Below, one piece after another: positions 38,246-51,000 of a DNA stretch of 64,000 nucleotides. The position numbers were made by a program, and so were the translations under genes. The DNA comes from Oikopleura dioica (Eukaryota; Animalia; Chordata). Where the stretch lies: NCBI GenBank assembly GCA_907165135.1, contig OU015569.1:1364001-1428000 (forward strand), in the 5' to 3' direction. The stretch's first letter is position 1; the number at the start of each line of letters is the position of its first letter. The notes beneath the pieces are model-generated. The model was not told the DNA's origin. It worked only from the letters and a program-made list of their open reading frames with translations, and did not search any database.

Positions 38246-39834
38246 ATGTTCTCAAAGATCATTCGAAGAACTGTCGTCTCGCCAGCGTTGAAAGAATCGT
38301 TCGCTGCTGAAGGAACAGCCATCAAAGCTGCTGGAACTTGGAAGAGTGAGAGACAAATCATTTCCAAACAAGGTAAAGATGATTTTTGTTATTTTTTTAT
38401 ATTTCAAAATTTTAAAGGGTCCTCGATAAGAGTGCGAAAGCCATGCGGGACAGAGATCAACTGCGTGAATTTCTGCGCGAACAATTACCTCGGCCTTAGC
38501 GCTCACCCAGACGTTGTCGACGGTGCTCGAGCGGCTCTTGAATCACACGGAGCGGGACTTAGCTCAGTTCGCTTTATCTGTGGAACCCAAGACATTCATC
38601 TCGAGCTTGAAAAGCGACTTGCCAAGCTTCATGGGACGGATGATGCGATTCTCTACGCTGCTTGCTTTGACGCCAATGCTGGCATCTTTGAGGTACAGAT
38701 ATATTGAGAACTAATTCCTCAACTTCTATTTAGGTCATTCTTGGAAAAGATGATGCAGTTATTTCCGACAGTCTCAATCACGCATCCATCATAGGCTAGG
38801 GTCAACTTTTACCTTAACAGTTTGAGTTAATGATCGTCTTTTGATCTTGAATAAAAGACGGAATCCGATTGTGCAAAGCGCAACGAAAACGTTACGTGCA
38901 CATGGATATGTCTGATCTCGAAGCAAAACTGATCGAAACTGCAAATTGTCGTCGACGACTGGTTGTCACCGACGGTGTTTTCAGCATGGATGGTGATATC
39001 GCACCCCTTGGTACATTCAACTCATCGTTCAAGGATTTTAATGACAATTTTAGATGAAATCAAGGCTTTGTGCGAGAAACACGATGCAATGCTAATGATT
39101 GACGAGTGCCACGCCACTGGAATCCTTGGCGACAAAGGACGCGGAACTGATGAACTTTTTGGTCTCCACGGACAAGGTAAACGTTGATTGTATTTCAAGT
39201 TGATATTCTCCGATTTTCAGTTGACATCATCAACTCTACACTTGGAAAGGCTCTCGGAGGCGCTTCCGGAGGATACACTGCTGGACCCAAAGAAATTGTC
39301 GATCTTCTTCGACAGAAAGCTCGTCCATATCTTTTCTCAAACACTCTTGCCCCTCCTGTTGTTGGAGCAGCTCTTAGCGCGATTGACTTGCTCGAAACGT
39401 TAGAGAACAAGGACGTTCTCTAGTTGATATATTTTTAGAAAGCCTGATGCTTTTATTGGTGAAATTCAGCGAAAAACAAAGCTTTTCCGATCGAAGATGA
39501 CTGCAGCTGGTTTCGATATTATGGGCAAAGAACATCCTATCTCACCAGTTTTCATCGGCGACGCACGGCTTGCTGCAGAACTTGCTGACAAGCTCCTCGA
39601 CTGCGGCATTTTCGTCATTGCTTTTTCTTATCCAGTTGTTCCAGAGGTTCGTTAAAAAGACAACGGACAAATTATATATCTTTATCTCGACTTATATTAA
39701 ATCATATCTTTATATCTCATTAGGGAAAAGCACGAATTCGAGTCCAAATTTCTGCCGCCCACAGCGATGAACAAATCGACCAAACTGTCAACGCATTTGC
39801 TAGCTGCGCGAAAGAATTGAACATCTTGCCCTGA
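38246..39834 (+). CDS. GCAT: 2-amino-3-ketobutyrate CoA ligase (glycine C-acetyltransferase)
   Basis: [63 protein letters not shown] (PLP Lys), RPYLFSN. Confidence 0.95.
38795..38857 (+). other. GC-AG intron
   Basis: Removal restores the invariant LNHASII-D-GIRL. Read-through hits TAG immediately. Confidence 0.88.
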
Positions 39835-39947
39835 TTTTTCTGATCACATAAATAACATTCAAAAATGTTGTCTACGAATAAGTCTCCTAACACGATAACG
39901 ATTTATTTTGATGTAAATTATGTCGCATTGAAAAATAATTCAAATCC

Positions 39948-41136
39948 CTACGGCTTAGGGCCTGCGCAGTATCCAGCGCAGATGATGCCGTCATATCGTG
40001 ACTCGTAGAGGTGACCTCCATATGTCCTTGCACCAACGTCTGCATATCGAGCAATAAGCGTACTCTTACTGTTATTTGAGCAGAAACTTGTCTCTCTCAT
40101 GCAGTCTCTGACACACTGTACTTTGCTATAGGCGGAATAACACATGTTGGCGCATAAATCACACTAAACTTTTTCATGAATTGATATTAACTTTTTGAAA
40201 ATTGTATTAAAGAACCTATTCGAGACTATCCGTCATCGTTTATTTATCTAGCCGAAAGATTAAATTTACCTTGTCCTCAAAGCGAGACTGGTCCACGCTG
40301 TATCCACTGTCAGTACCACAGTTTGCATAGTAATAACTAGAATAATATGCACTGAGAAAGGTTTAAAACAAATCAAACTCAAAAATCTAGTACAGGTAAT
40401 GACCAGAATATTTTGTTCAGAATTACGGAAGTATCTTAGTGTTGTTCGTTAGAAAAACTCTTATTCTGTACGCAAAAAATCCAACGTTCTCTGAATGTTT
40501 TAAACCCTGTGGTGATTCTGTGCCCATCCAGAAACGCTCTGGTAGTCAGTTGATGTTACACAACTATATTTTCTCTCAAGCCTAGCATAGAGCTTTTCCC
40601 CCATCTCAGTAGCACATCTCAAGGTGTCCCAATCGTATCTGTAGCAATCAGCAATCACGTCGTTCATTATGTCCTCTGCAGCCTTTCTGAGCTGTCGAGA
40701 CGTCGAGTCTGCATCAGTAACTTCTTCATGCATTTCACTAAAGAAGTGTTTATACGCTTTATAATTTTATCCGAGCCTTTTGTTAAGGACGATCTTAGGA
40801 TTCATGGTTTCAGTTTCCTCAATCGACATTCGAGCACACACATCCTCGCAGAACTTATCATCGCCGTAGCAAGCACAGTCTTTGAAAGTGCTGTTGCTCG
40901 CTTTCTGACCAGTGAACTTTGAGCATTCCGCGTCATTACCGACGCAGGAATAGGAAGACTCTTGGTTCTCAAGGGTCTTTATCTGGACCTGAGAAGCTTA
41001 ATTTTGATTCAAAATTATTAGGTTTACACTGTAAACTTTACAGATTTTATTTTTAAAAACTTAAAAAATAAGCCAAGAATCAAACTGTTCCTTTGAGGCC
41101 GAAAGTGCATGCGAAAAATCCAGATAACAATTTCAT
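39948..41136 (-). CDS. Orphan secreted Cys-rich protein
   Basis: Signal-peptide-like MKLLSGFFACTFGLK, then Cys-rich exons (SCVGNDAECSK...CACYGDDKFCEDVC; CYRYDWDTLRC; CDLCANMCYSAYSKVQCVRDC...CAGYC). Some junctions need GG or GC donors. Confidence 0.6.
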
Positions 41137-42216
41137 TTTTTCGAGTGAGGAATATATTTTATCCTCGCTTTTATTGACTTCTGCATGTGTTCTTTTCTCA
41201 GAATGAGTCGGCAAAGATGGCGTCTCCGAAAGACTTTGCTCTGTAAAATTACGAGATTTAGATTCTGCAAGAGTTGCAGATGTTCTCATCCCATACTATG
41301 CCGGCCTGAAGGCGCGATTGAAAGGCTACTCAGCAGTTCGGATTTTCCTATGCATAATCAACCATCAAAAACATAACATTTCGAAGGTCTTGATTAAAAA
41401 AAACTTAGTGAGCATTCATTCACAATATTTCCAGAACTCTCTTCCTTGATTTTTATGCTTTAGTTAAATATTTTTCAAGCTAAAATTTGGAATTTTAGAA
41501 ACAGATATAAATTTCAAGAAGAACGCTTTGAAGTATTATCATATTATAAGACTAATATATAAATATAAAAGGAAATATTACACTGGTCCTTAACATTTTA
41601 CACTGGATTTCAATTTCCATGTCCGATAGATGAAAGCGCGGTTTGGTAATTGAGTTTGGATAAACCAATAATATGCGGATTTCGATAGTTATCACCGGCT
41701 CGGTATTGTCGGTGCTGCTTGAAATTCGTCGACCAGCCGGAAAGTGAGTTTTGCGCGAAAGTCAAAAAGAGTGTGTGACCATGCCGCGTGCGAGTAAATA
41801 CGATCGCACTCGTGAAGCAACGCCTCACTGAATAACAATTACCCTTCGACAGTTCACCTGATCCCCGTAAACGTCAAATTTCAAAGCTATATCCTCACCA
41901 AATCCGCTTAAAAAGTTCTCATTTTCTTATTCGTAAAACTTAGATTTATTCATTAGAATAACAATTTTCTTATCTTAATTTATTTATTAGAAAAAAAATT
42001 CATCAAAGCAGTGGTTTTTCTTGGTGGTTTGAACCTTTTTTTCTCATGCATGGAAAAAAGTCAATGAAAGGCGCAGGGAGGGATAAATGAGTCACATGTT
42101 GTAAATCAGCTGGGGTTGGTCCCTGATAAGGAAACTCTGTCTTCACCCTGAAATACTACGAAAATACTGATTTTTTGAACACGCAGGGATTTATTTATTA
42201 ACTTTGACAGAGAGAG

Positions 42217-44258
42217 ATGAAAGCAGGCGGTAGAGATGTTGGAGTCAGTGACTTGTCGAATCTTGGTGGTGGAGGAAGAACTTTAGACAGTGAATATTGA
42301 ATTTCTATAAAGTTTTTCTAATAAAAAGAAGCTAAATTAGTTTTAGACAATAAGGATAATTTTCATTTTTTTCTATTAGGCTTTAAGAAAATCTTATTAT
42401 TTTTAGATGATTATGAAGACGAGTATTCTGAAGATGAGGACTTTTTTGCGGAAGAAGGAGGTCCACCAAACATGGCTCGTCGTGTTTCGTTTGGAGAAGG
42501 AAACCTCATGGGTCTGGGTATCGAAGGCCACGATCACGATCTCGAAGAAGACTCTGCAGAAACGAAGAAACACAGAATACGAACTACCCTTCTCCAGCTG
42601 GAGAAAGCCAAACAGAAGCCCGTCGCGTTCTCTGTCCGCGCAAAACTTGGCTTTATCGGCGAAAGATACACAGACAACGACGCTCCCTTGCCAGCTGGGA
42701 CAAAAGACCTCTGCGGAAATTTACGCGACTATTTGGTGACCTTCGAGAACAAGGACTACCTGCACATCATCGAAAAGTTCAACAACGACTGGTGGATCGG
42801 CCGTGTGGTTCGCGAGGGCTGCGACTTTTGCTTCATCCCATCGCCGCTCAAAATCGCCCATCTTCGAGAAACCCTCAAAAATAGGAAAAAAGGGGCGGGG
42901 TTCAATATCGAGTCAGATACTGAAACTTTCAATTCAAAAGTGGAAAATGGTTTTTGAACCCGTCTAGGCCATCGGAACTCGGGTGGCGGAATCTCCTCCC
43001 ACCACGGCTCTGATATTGATCTCAACTCTCACGCTGCCCAAGAAGAATATTCAAGGTGGGATGAAGAAAGTAGTAGATATCTTCCTAGTAACAATCCTCC
43101 CTAGACCCGCCCAAATGGAATCCTACGATTACGACATGGATCCGAAAGACACTGGTCCACTCAATCTCGGCAAAAAGTCTCAAAGACTGGGTAAGTTTGG
43201 AAGGAAGAGTTTCGTAACGAGAATATTTTGTAGGAAAGAAAGAACAGCCGTATGTTGTCGTGCCAAATATGCGACCTGTGGTGTTTGTCGGCCCTAGTTT
43301 GAAGGGATATGAAGTTACTGATATGATGCAGAAGGCGCTGTTCGACTATTTGAAGAAGAAATTTGAGGGAAGATGCAACATAGGAACCGCTTTTATCATA
43401 ATAAAAATTTGAATACAAAATTTAACGCAATAAGTTTTCAAAGCGGCGCAGTTCGAATTTCGTCGGATCTTTCCCAGGCCCGGCGTAACATGCCACGCAC
43501 GGAAGAAAACCGTAAGTTCGTTCTATTGTTCCATCATTTTCGCTAAAATACACAGCTCCCTGACTCTCGTTCATGAATAGGGCCGATCTGCGAGGATTAC
43601 GATCGAATTTATGAATTGGGCAAGAATCTACAGCTGGTGATTTTGGACTGCGACATGATAAACAATCCGAGCCAGTTGGAGAAAACCGGCTTGATGCCTA
43701 TAAATGTCTTTATAAAGGTACATTCACTTATTTGGATTTTGTAGTGATTTCATCTTAGATCAACGACCCTGAAGTTCTAAAAAGGCTGATCAGATGGCGA
43801 GGGCGACAACAGATGCGGCATATGAGCGTACAATGGATGGCAGCGGAAAAACTGTGCCAGTGCGATCCGGTAAGTCAATTCAAAGGCCATGATTCAAGTA
43901 ACTAGAGTCAAGTCATTGACTACTAGTCAACTCAGAACTAAATCTAACTCAGAATGTCTTCGATGTAATTCTCGACGAGAATGTGTTCGAAGAAGCGTGC
44001 GAGCATCTGACCGAGTATCTCGAGGCTTACTGGAATGCCACTCATCCTGTTCTTCCTGAGGCGACTCATCCCAAGGTAATCTTAATCCGCTCTCTATTTT
44101 AAAAACAAGCGTTTCCGTAGGAACTTCTCAACGGCGGCGAAATCACTTCTAATCTGCCGAATGTTCTGACTAAGCTCATCCCTCGTAACCTCCGGGAAAA
44201 AGTTGACCCTCGAAAGTATTCTATATTTTCCGTGGCCTCAGACGAAGAACGAGTCTGA
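42217..44258 (+). CDS. CACNB: Voltage-gated calcium channel beta subunit (SH3-HOOK-GK)
   Basis: [96 protein letters not shown]. Confidence 0.93.
43384..43451 (+). other. Non-canonical GA-AG intron
   Basis: Removal gives [19 protein letters not shown], colinear with CACNB FEGRISITRVTADISLAKR. Confidence 0.8.
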
Positions 44259-47200
44259 TTTTCATCCGTCTTTTTTCCGCTTATCTTCTCAAAAAAGAAA
44301 ACTCAATACATTTTATACCAGACAGGGATTTCGTTTATTTCCGTTCGTATTCCTTGTTGATTTCCATGCATCCTCGATGGTCGAATGCCAATTTTAATCA
44401 GAAACAGTTAATTGATATTGGGCTTCGATTTTAAAAAAGATCAGGTAAGAACCGCAAAAGACAGCTGCTGAGGCAAAAATTGAATAAATACGTTTCCAGT
44501 TGAGTTGTTTTAGTTTCCGCTTTACTAGAGAGATTTCTCCCCAAAGCAAACTTATTAAACAGCTCATAACAGCGGCGAATGTCAAACCGATTTGCGGAAA
44601 TGTGAAACAGGCTCGCAATGACAGTATGAAGACAGTCGAGCAGGGGAAGTCTCCATGGGCGGCTGGAGGACAAAGCTGTGCGCTTCCTGGAGCCCCTTCA
44701 ATGCCTCCGGTCGAGCTCGCTTTGTCTCCACGAGAGCGACAAACACGCCAAAAGCAGCGAGAACTTCACGGAAAGTGCGCTCCGGCCCGGGGGCACTGCC
44801 TCACGCTGCGAGTACTTCAACAATCACGTCACCTTGTCCATCGCTTCCGCATTAATTGTTCGCCCCTCTCTGGGCAAACTCGCTCTTCCCCGATTGCGCA
44901 AATCCTATTACAGTCAACATTCGTTCAGCGGTACATGCTATCACTTACCAGCCATTTTTGTTCTACCAAAAAGAAAAATTGCCTCCTCCATGATTCCAAT
45001 GAGCTTTATTTTTAGAAAAAAGACTCGCTATATCATATTTTAATTTGGCTAAATTTAAATGGCACGCGGAGCGGGATCGAGAGGTTAGTTTAGCCAAGGC
45101 CAGGGATCAGGAGAAGAAACACAAACTCGAGTTTTGCCTGAGTCAAGTTTTGAAGTTGAAGTTTGAACCGCCGCGCTGGTGTTTTTAGAAAATCAGTTCC
45201 CATGCCAGCAACCGCCGCCGTGCACTGCCCATGATCGACCGAAATGCCTGGCGAACAACAATAGGACATTAATCCACAGCTCACCTGGCTCCCTTCCCTC
45301 CACTTTCATTACACCAGAATTTCTTAGTATGTTAATGAGGGCTTAATTTCTCGATATATTCCTGTACATACCGTATTCAACGCCGGATAAGCGCGTTTAT
45401 GTTTCAATTAGAGTGAAAGTCTTGATTAGAAAATGAATGAAGAAAAAGGTTTTAAAATAAAAAAGCCAAGAAAAAATGCTGAAAATTGATCTCTGTATTG
45501 TGAAAACGTAAAAATGAAAATGTGAACTCGCGAAGAAAATAGTTTAGCGTGTCCGTGGCGTTCGGTTTTGTTCGGTTCTTTTTATAGTATCCTCCTTTTT
45601 GTGCAGCTCATTCAGCCATTGACGTTTATTATCTGAAAATAATAGACGAATGAGGGTAAAATCATAAGTATATTCACACATTTTCTCAAAAGGAGCTTTC
45701 ATTCTTTTCCTGGACGCAAAGAGAGAGACGCCAGAAATGAAAGAAATCTCGAGAAAATCGACTTCCAAAGGTAGGCCTCCTCGAAATCATCTGCTGAAGA
45801 CGCTTGAAAATATGAAAAATGAACGGAGGAAATATGCTTCGTATAGTCTTATAGTTAATTTATTCTGTACTGCCTCTTCTTGAGTAGTTTTGGGATGGAA
45901 ATTATTGGAGTGCACTTATCGAAAAATTGTATTTTCGCAAATTGCAATTTACAAATTGGGTAATTTTGCGTTTTGCGGGCGGCAACACCGCACTCGATGG
46001 TTTTCGATCAAAGGCGCTCTCAGTATCCGATGATTGAGCAGGGTCGATCCTTTTTTTTCCGACCGCAGGATGCGTGCCCGAAAATCGAGAAGGCCAAAAT
46101 ACGCGCAAAGGGGGCACCTGATCCCCTCTCAGATTAAGTGTCCGTTTCATGTGTAGCTAAGGAGATTTCGAGATGTGGGATTAGAAAAATCGCCAAATAA
46201 AGCACATTTCGGAGAACAAAAGTTGTCATGGTGGCCCACTGCACGCTCCAGGGACACTGAATCACCAACACCCCCAGCACTCACCACAGGTGCATACATC
46301 ACGTGAGAGGCTCAAATTTTACAGCATTCTTTCACTTTCCAAACTTTGACTTTCGGAAAACTAGCTGATGAGAGCCTTTTTTAGTCTCTGGAAAAATTGA
46401 AAGTTTGAACCCCCTTTTCCATTTTAGGTGTTTCTAAATCTTTGTTCGACCTTAAAATTCAACTTCTAGCAGGATGTTGCGCGGACAGTAGCAATCAATA
46501 ATCCATTATTTACATTGTAGCATCCTGAGTTCTGTCGAACACCCCTTAGGGCACGGTGAGACTTGCCTGGAGCGTTGCGTTGAAGGGCTCTTTAGGGGAG
46601 ATACGAGTGCCACGCTACTTTGCTGGACGAGAGCTTACATATGTTTTCAAAACAAAAGCTTGAGCGGCCACTTTGTTCAAGTAACAAACATTACGAAAAT
46701 CTGAAAAATGCCCCTTGCGATTATACAAATTTAAGTTATGCTTTATGGAATCTGATACGACAATTCTAAAACTATGATTCCTTCTGAAGTGATAGTTTAT
46801 TCAACTCAATTTACTGTAATATAAGTCGGCAAGATTATTGATGCTTTTTTTTAGTAAATTTAATAATAAAAATAAAGTTTGAATAATAGATATTTAATAA
46901 AACTTAATGAAGTTGTTCGTAGCTGAGTGACCGTATACTCGGCCATTAACGGAAGCCATGGCAACTGATTTGGCATGTGAGCAGACAGCTCAATCACTCT
47001 CTCAGTGATTGCCTGGCGGGGTGAGTTTGAGACTCCCTGGTGTGATGCGCGGCAGGCAGTGGACCCAGCACCGAGGACATGCCCGGTGGCTAGTTCCCTG
47101 GAATGCTCTGCTCTTCACGAAATGTCTCCTGCTACAGAAAAAACGCAATCGCGGCCGGTCATAAAGGAGGAAGAGCCACTAATTCGGTCGCTATTGCGCG

Positions 47201-47718
47201 CTTGATACCCGCGGGCCCGGTTCGACTTCCCCCGGAGCGAGTTGTCTATTTGTCGAGTTGCAGGGCCTGATCCCCTTCTCAGACCCATAAAGTGACTTTT
47301 TATGAAGCTTATCTGTGATCATAAGGGCTGAGCGCGGCGCCGCTTATGGCCCAGTCCGACTTCCGATAATTCTGATAGTATTTGCACCGGCCTCCATAAA
47401 TGAACTTCTGATTGCCAATCGATGCGGCGGAAGTTGGGCACGCGCTGCAACGTCCAAATCAATCACACCGACGCCATCTTAATCGCATTGTCTCACCCCT
47501 GTTCCAACTGATTTTGCATCAAACGGCGCCGCCCCGTCACGAACTCCGAAATTCCCAATTTCCCTGAATTCGAATGATTTCTTTGAAGCCGTAACTGCTG
47601 TTTGATGCATTATTAGAAATAATTAACGCTTTCTTTTTTTTGCTCTCCTACAAAATTGGAATCACATTTACAATTCTACAGAGGCTGTACTAAAAAGGAT
47701 CCTGGAGACATAGATGAC

Positions 47719-48030
47719 CAGAGTTGCAAATTTGCTGAGCTGAGTGAGCTGAGCGACTGCTAGAGCTTGAATACAATTTTACTACCAAAAGACAGTAAAA
47801 AAACAGCTCAGCTCAATCAGCTCAGCTCAGCTCTAATTAGGGTCCGCTCAGCTCAGCTCAACTCTCTTAAACAAAAGGTCTGCTCAGCTCAGCTCCGCTC
47901 AATGACCTCTGAAAAAGGCCAGCTCAGCTCAGCTCAGTCACCTCCGAAATAGGCCAGCTCAGCTCAGAGAAATTTTTACTCAGGTCAGCTCAGCTCAGCT
48001 CAGAAAAATTAATCAAAATTTGCAACTCTG
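47719..48030. mobile_element. hAT-type MITE with (GCTCA)n subterminal repeats, copy 1
   Basis: TIR CAGAGTTGCAAATTT / AAATTTGCAACTCTG, 8-bp TSD TAGATGAC / AAGATGAC (7 of 8), 312 bp. Confidence 0.88.
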
Positions 48031-51000
48031 AAGATGACCGAAACAAAGAAGACCCTTCGATCATCTTTGTTTTCGGGGCAGTCTTAAAATAACCACCCAT
48101 TGTATAGAATTACAGTTTGATAAGGCTAGCCTATAAAATTGGTATTTCAACCTGCTTCAACTGGGTCAAAAATATCCGCCAGCAAATGATTGGTTTTTGT
48201 GTAATTCTCAGACCCTTATCGTTATTATTTAACCCGTTCGTGAGCCGAAGCGCAAACACTCCAGCCACGTGGGCTGATTACTTTTTCATTTTCATTTTGG
48301 GTTTGGAAATTTTTAATCCTATTTGACTTGACAGCGTCGCGCATTGTGACCTCATTAGGGAGCGCGCTGTGGATTCAGTAAATACTCAACATTTTACGTT
48401 CTTAATTCAAGAGCTAATCTTCATACCTAAAATATAAACAATTAGCTGTTTGTCTCTACAAAATCAAGTTTAACCAAAATTTGTTTTTCGATCTCCTTGA
48501 ATAAATTGCAAATGATTTTGAATTTTGAGTTTTCAATAAAAATTTTTCTATGAAAAAACAAACCTTCTGGTTTAAATTGAACTAGGCAAGTATAAGTAAA
48601 AATTGACGACGAGTCTTCAATAAATCCTTCACTAAGAAGGCAAGGAGATTCTACGCGCGCGAGATCATGAGTTAGCCTGGTCGAGGCCATCCCCGCTGAG
48701 CAAGTTTAGCTTCCCACGCGGCTATAAAGTGGACTGGCTTCATATTAGCCCAGCCAGTGGTTGACTCGACTGCTCGATTTTGCTTGTAACGCGTCAGGGG
48801 GTTAATCACTTTGCTAGTTTGTTTCTCGAGGAGATGAAATCGGAAGACACTTTTATTTGACAAAAATTAAGGATTACTTCATGAACTTAGTTTTTTACCC
48901 TCATCTGTGAAGATGGATAGTTATCCGTCATTAGCTAAGAATGAGTTTACGAAGCAATGCGTGTATTTGCTCGTGAAAAAAGCTGTCTTTGATCTTCCTG
49001 ATTCAGAAAACGAAAAAATACTCAGAGTGAATTTAAGGGTGTGACGAGGGCATTTGCCGGCGGCGAGTGTTTTTGATTCAATATCCATATTTAATCCATT
49101 TGCGCGGCCAAGTTAAGTAAATTCACGCTCTTATACGAGTTGCATTGAGTCTTTACAAGCTTCCCGCGCAAACATGAGCGAAACGTAAAAAAAAGATCCA
49201 ACGAAGAAACATTCCAAAATTTGGAAGTGATTAAATCGCAAAAATCAATAACGACGGAATCATAATCTTCTTCCTTTTTGTCTCTTGTGCCTGAGACATC
49301 GGAAGTTTCGATAAAAGTTGTTAGTGCTAATGGCACTGAACTCTAGCAAAAGGCTCTTACGCGATAAAATTGCGGATTGGCAGAAGTGTCGATAGTCGAT
49401 TGAGATCAAAAGCTCTTTACACCCTTACTACTGAAATGCGTCTGCATAAGCTCATTACGCATCGTTTCGGGCCTTCTTGTCTGCCTTGTCACCAGCCCAA
49501 TTACCGACTATAAATATTCCCGAGAAGATACTCTAACGATCTGTACAGTTGCATACCAAATCTACGTTATGTTCGGATTGACATCCTGAAATAGAAAAAG
49601 AAGAACGACGGTTGATTAGTGAAGATCAATTCTCCGAATTATTGGTCAGATTTTGCGCTTTCTGCTGGATAGTAGAAATGTCATGATATCAGAGGAGTCT
49701 GGTCGGAAATTGGGATTATCATAAAGGAGCATCTGGCAGCGCTCGTTTTCGTGCAACCGTGACAAGTGACTTTGATCGGTGCGGGCGGCTCAAAGTCAAC
49801 CTTGTAATGCAGGAAGTCCAGCACCTGCCTCTGCTCAGCCAAATTACAGTAGTCGATTACAACCCTGCTCGTTTGTCAGACGGACGAAATCAAAAGAAGC
49901 TCAGCTAAACAAAAACTCAAATAAAAGTGGATCACATGACTTTCTTTTACATTATCATTCTTATTCTTCAAAAGACTCGATCTTAAAATATCCCAAAATC
50001 ATATTTTCAGCAGGAGCGAAGTCCTAAAATATAGCCTTGCTGGAGCAAAGTGATGATAAGCAAACATGGCAATCAGATTATTATGATATCGATCGTTTTT
50101 GGAAATGTTGATTCTATATAGCAGGTGATGAAAAAAGTGCACTTGCTCAGCGTGACGCCTCGATGTCCCACCGAGCTATTCAGAATATCACTGGCTACGA
50201 TAGCGATCTTATATCGCGAGGGTGCCGGGAAGCCGGCCTGGGCATGGCTGCTCCTGGCTTACACGTGATGAAAGATGCTATCACCCGGGCAGTACGCGTA
50301 ATGAATAGGAAATACTAATCTGCGCATTGTGCGGAGAGCAAAAGGGGACTTCCGATCATCCGATTTCGGAAATTAACCGGAAAGGCACCTTATCTGTAAG
50401 TTACGAGAATCACCAGGCACAGTCTGATAGACAGTCGACCAGACAATCCTATCGCTAAATCATCCTGCTCGTCTCTGACCTCTCTCTTTCTCAAATGAGC
50501 GCGGAATCGTGGGATGATCACAGTCTCCAACTTTCCCTCAAAGGTCAAGTCATTCTCAGCGCTTCTTGAGCTCCTTTGTTTTCGGCTCGGGAAGACACAA
50601 TGACTTCTAAATGCGCTCCAGGCGGGTGCGTCGATTGAAGACAGCTCTAGGCGCGGATTTTGGGCGACAAAAGTCCCGCTGGAAGAGGGAATTACCCGAT
50701 TTGGGCACAATGGTACCTCCTAGTCCAGAGCTGCTTTCAAGGAGGATCAACTGCCGGCGAAAGTGCACTGTAAATAAACCAACAGACAATCCAAAATCTG
50801 AACCTTTCAATCGCCATAAAATCACTCATAAAGGGAAAAATCCAAGACAGGAACTTCCCAAAATTTTACAAAATTTAAATCGCTCCATAAATTAAAAAAT
50901 AAGTTAGTAAAACTGCAAAAAATCGACGGAAATTCGAAAGTGATTTTTGAAGCCTCTGATTTAGTCCCTAAAAAAACTCGTGTCTGGCACAATAAAGTAG

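Noticed and set aside
44064-44073. ACTCATCCCA, resembling the start of the Oikopleura SL sequence as recalled
   Set aside because: Only 10 nt, inside a CACNB coding exon, and the rest of the SL is absent.
45900-46260. Transposon-like sequence texture in the SoxB upstream region
   Set aside because: No convincing TIR pair or TSD could be defined.
47205-47240. GGTTCGA B-box-like motif suggesting a tRNA
   Set aside because: The flanking bases cannot form a T-stem, and no cloverleaf or A-box is present.
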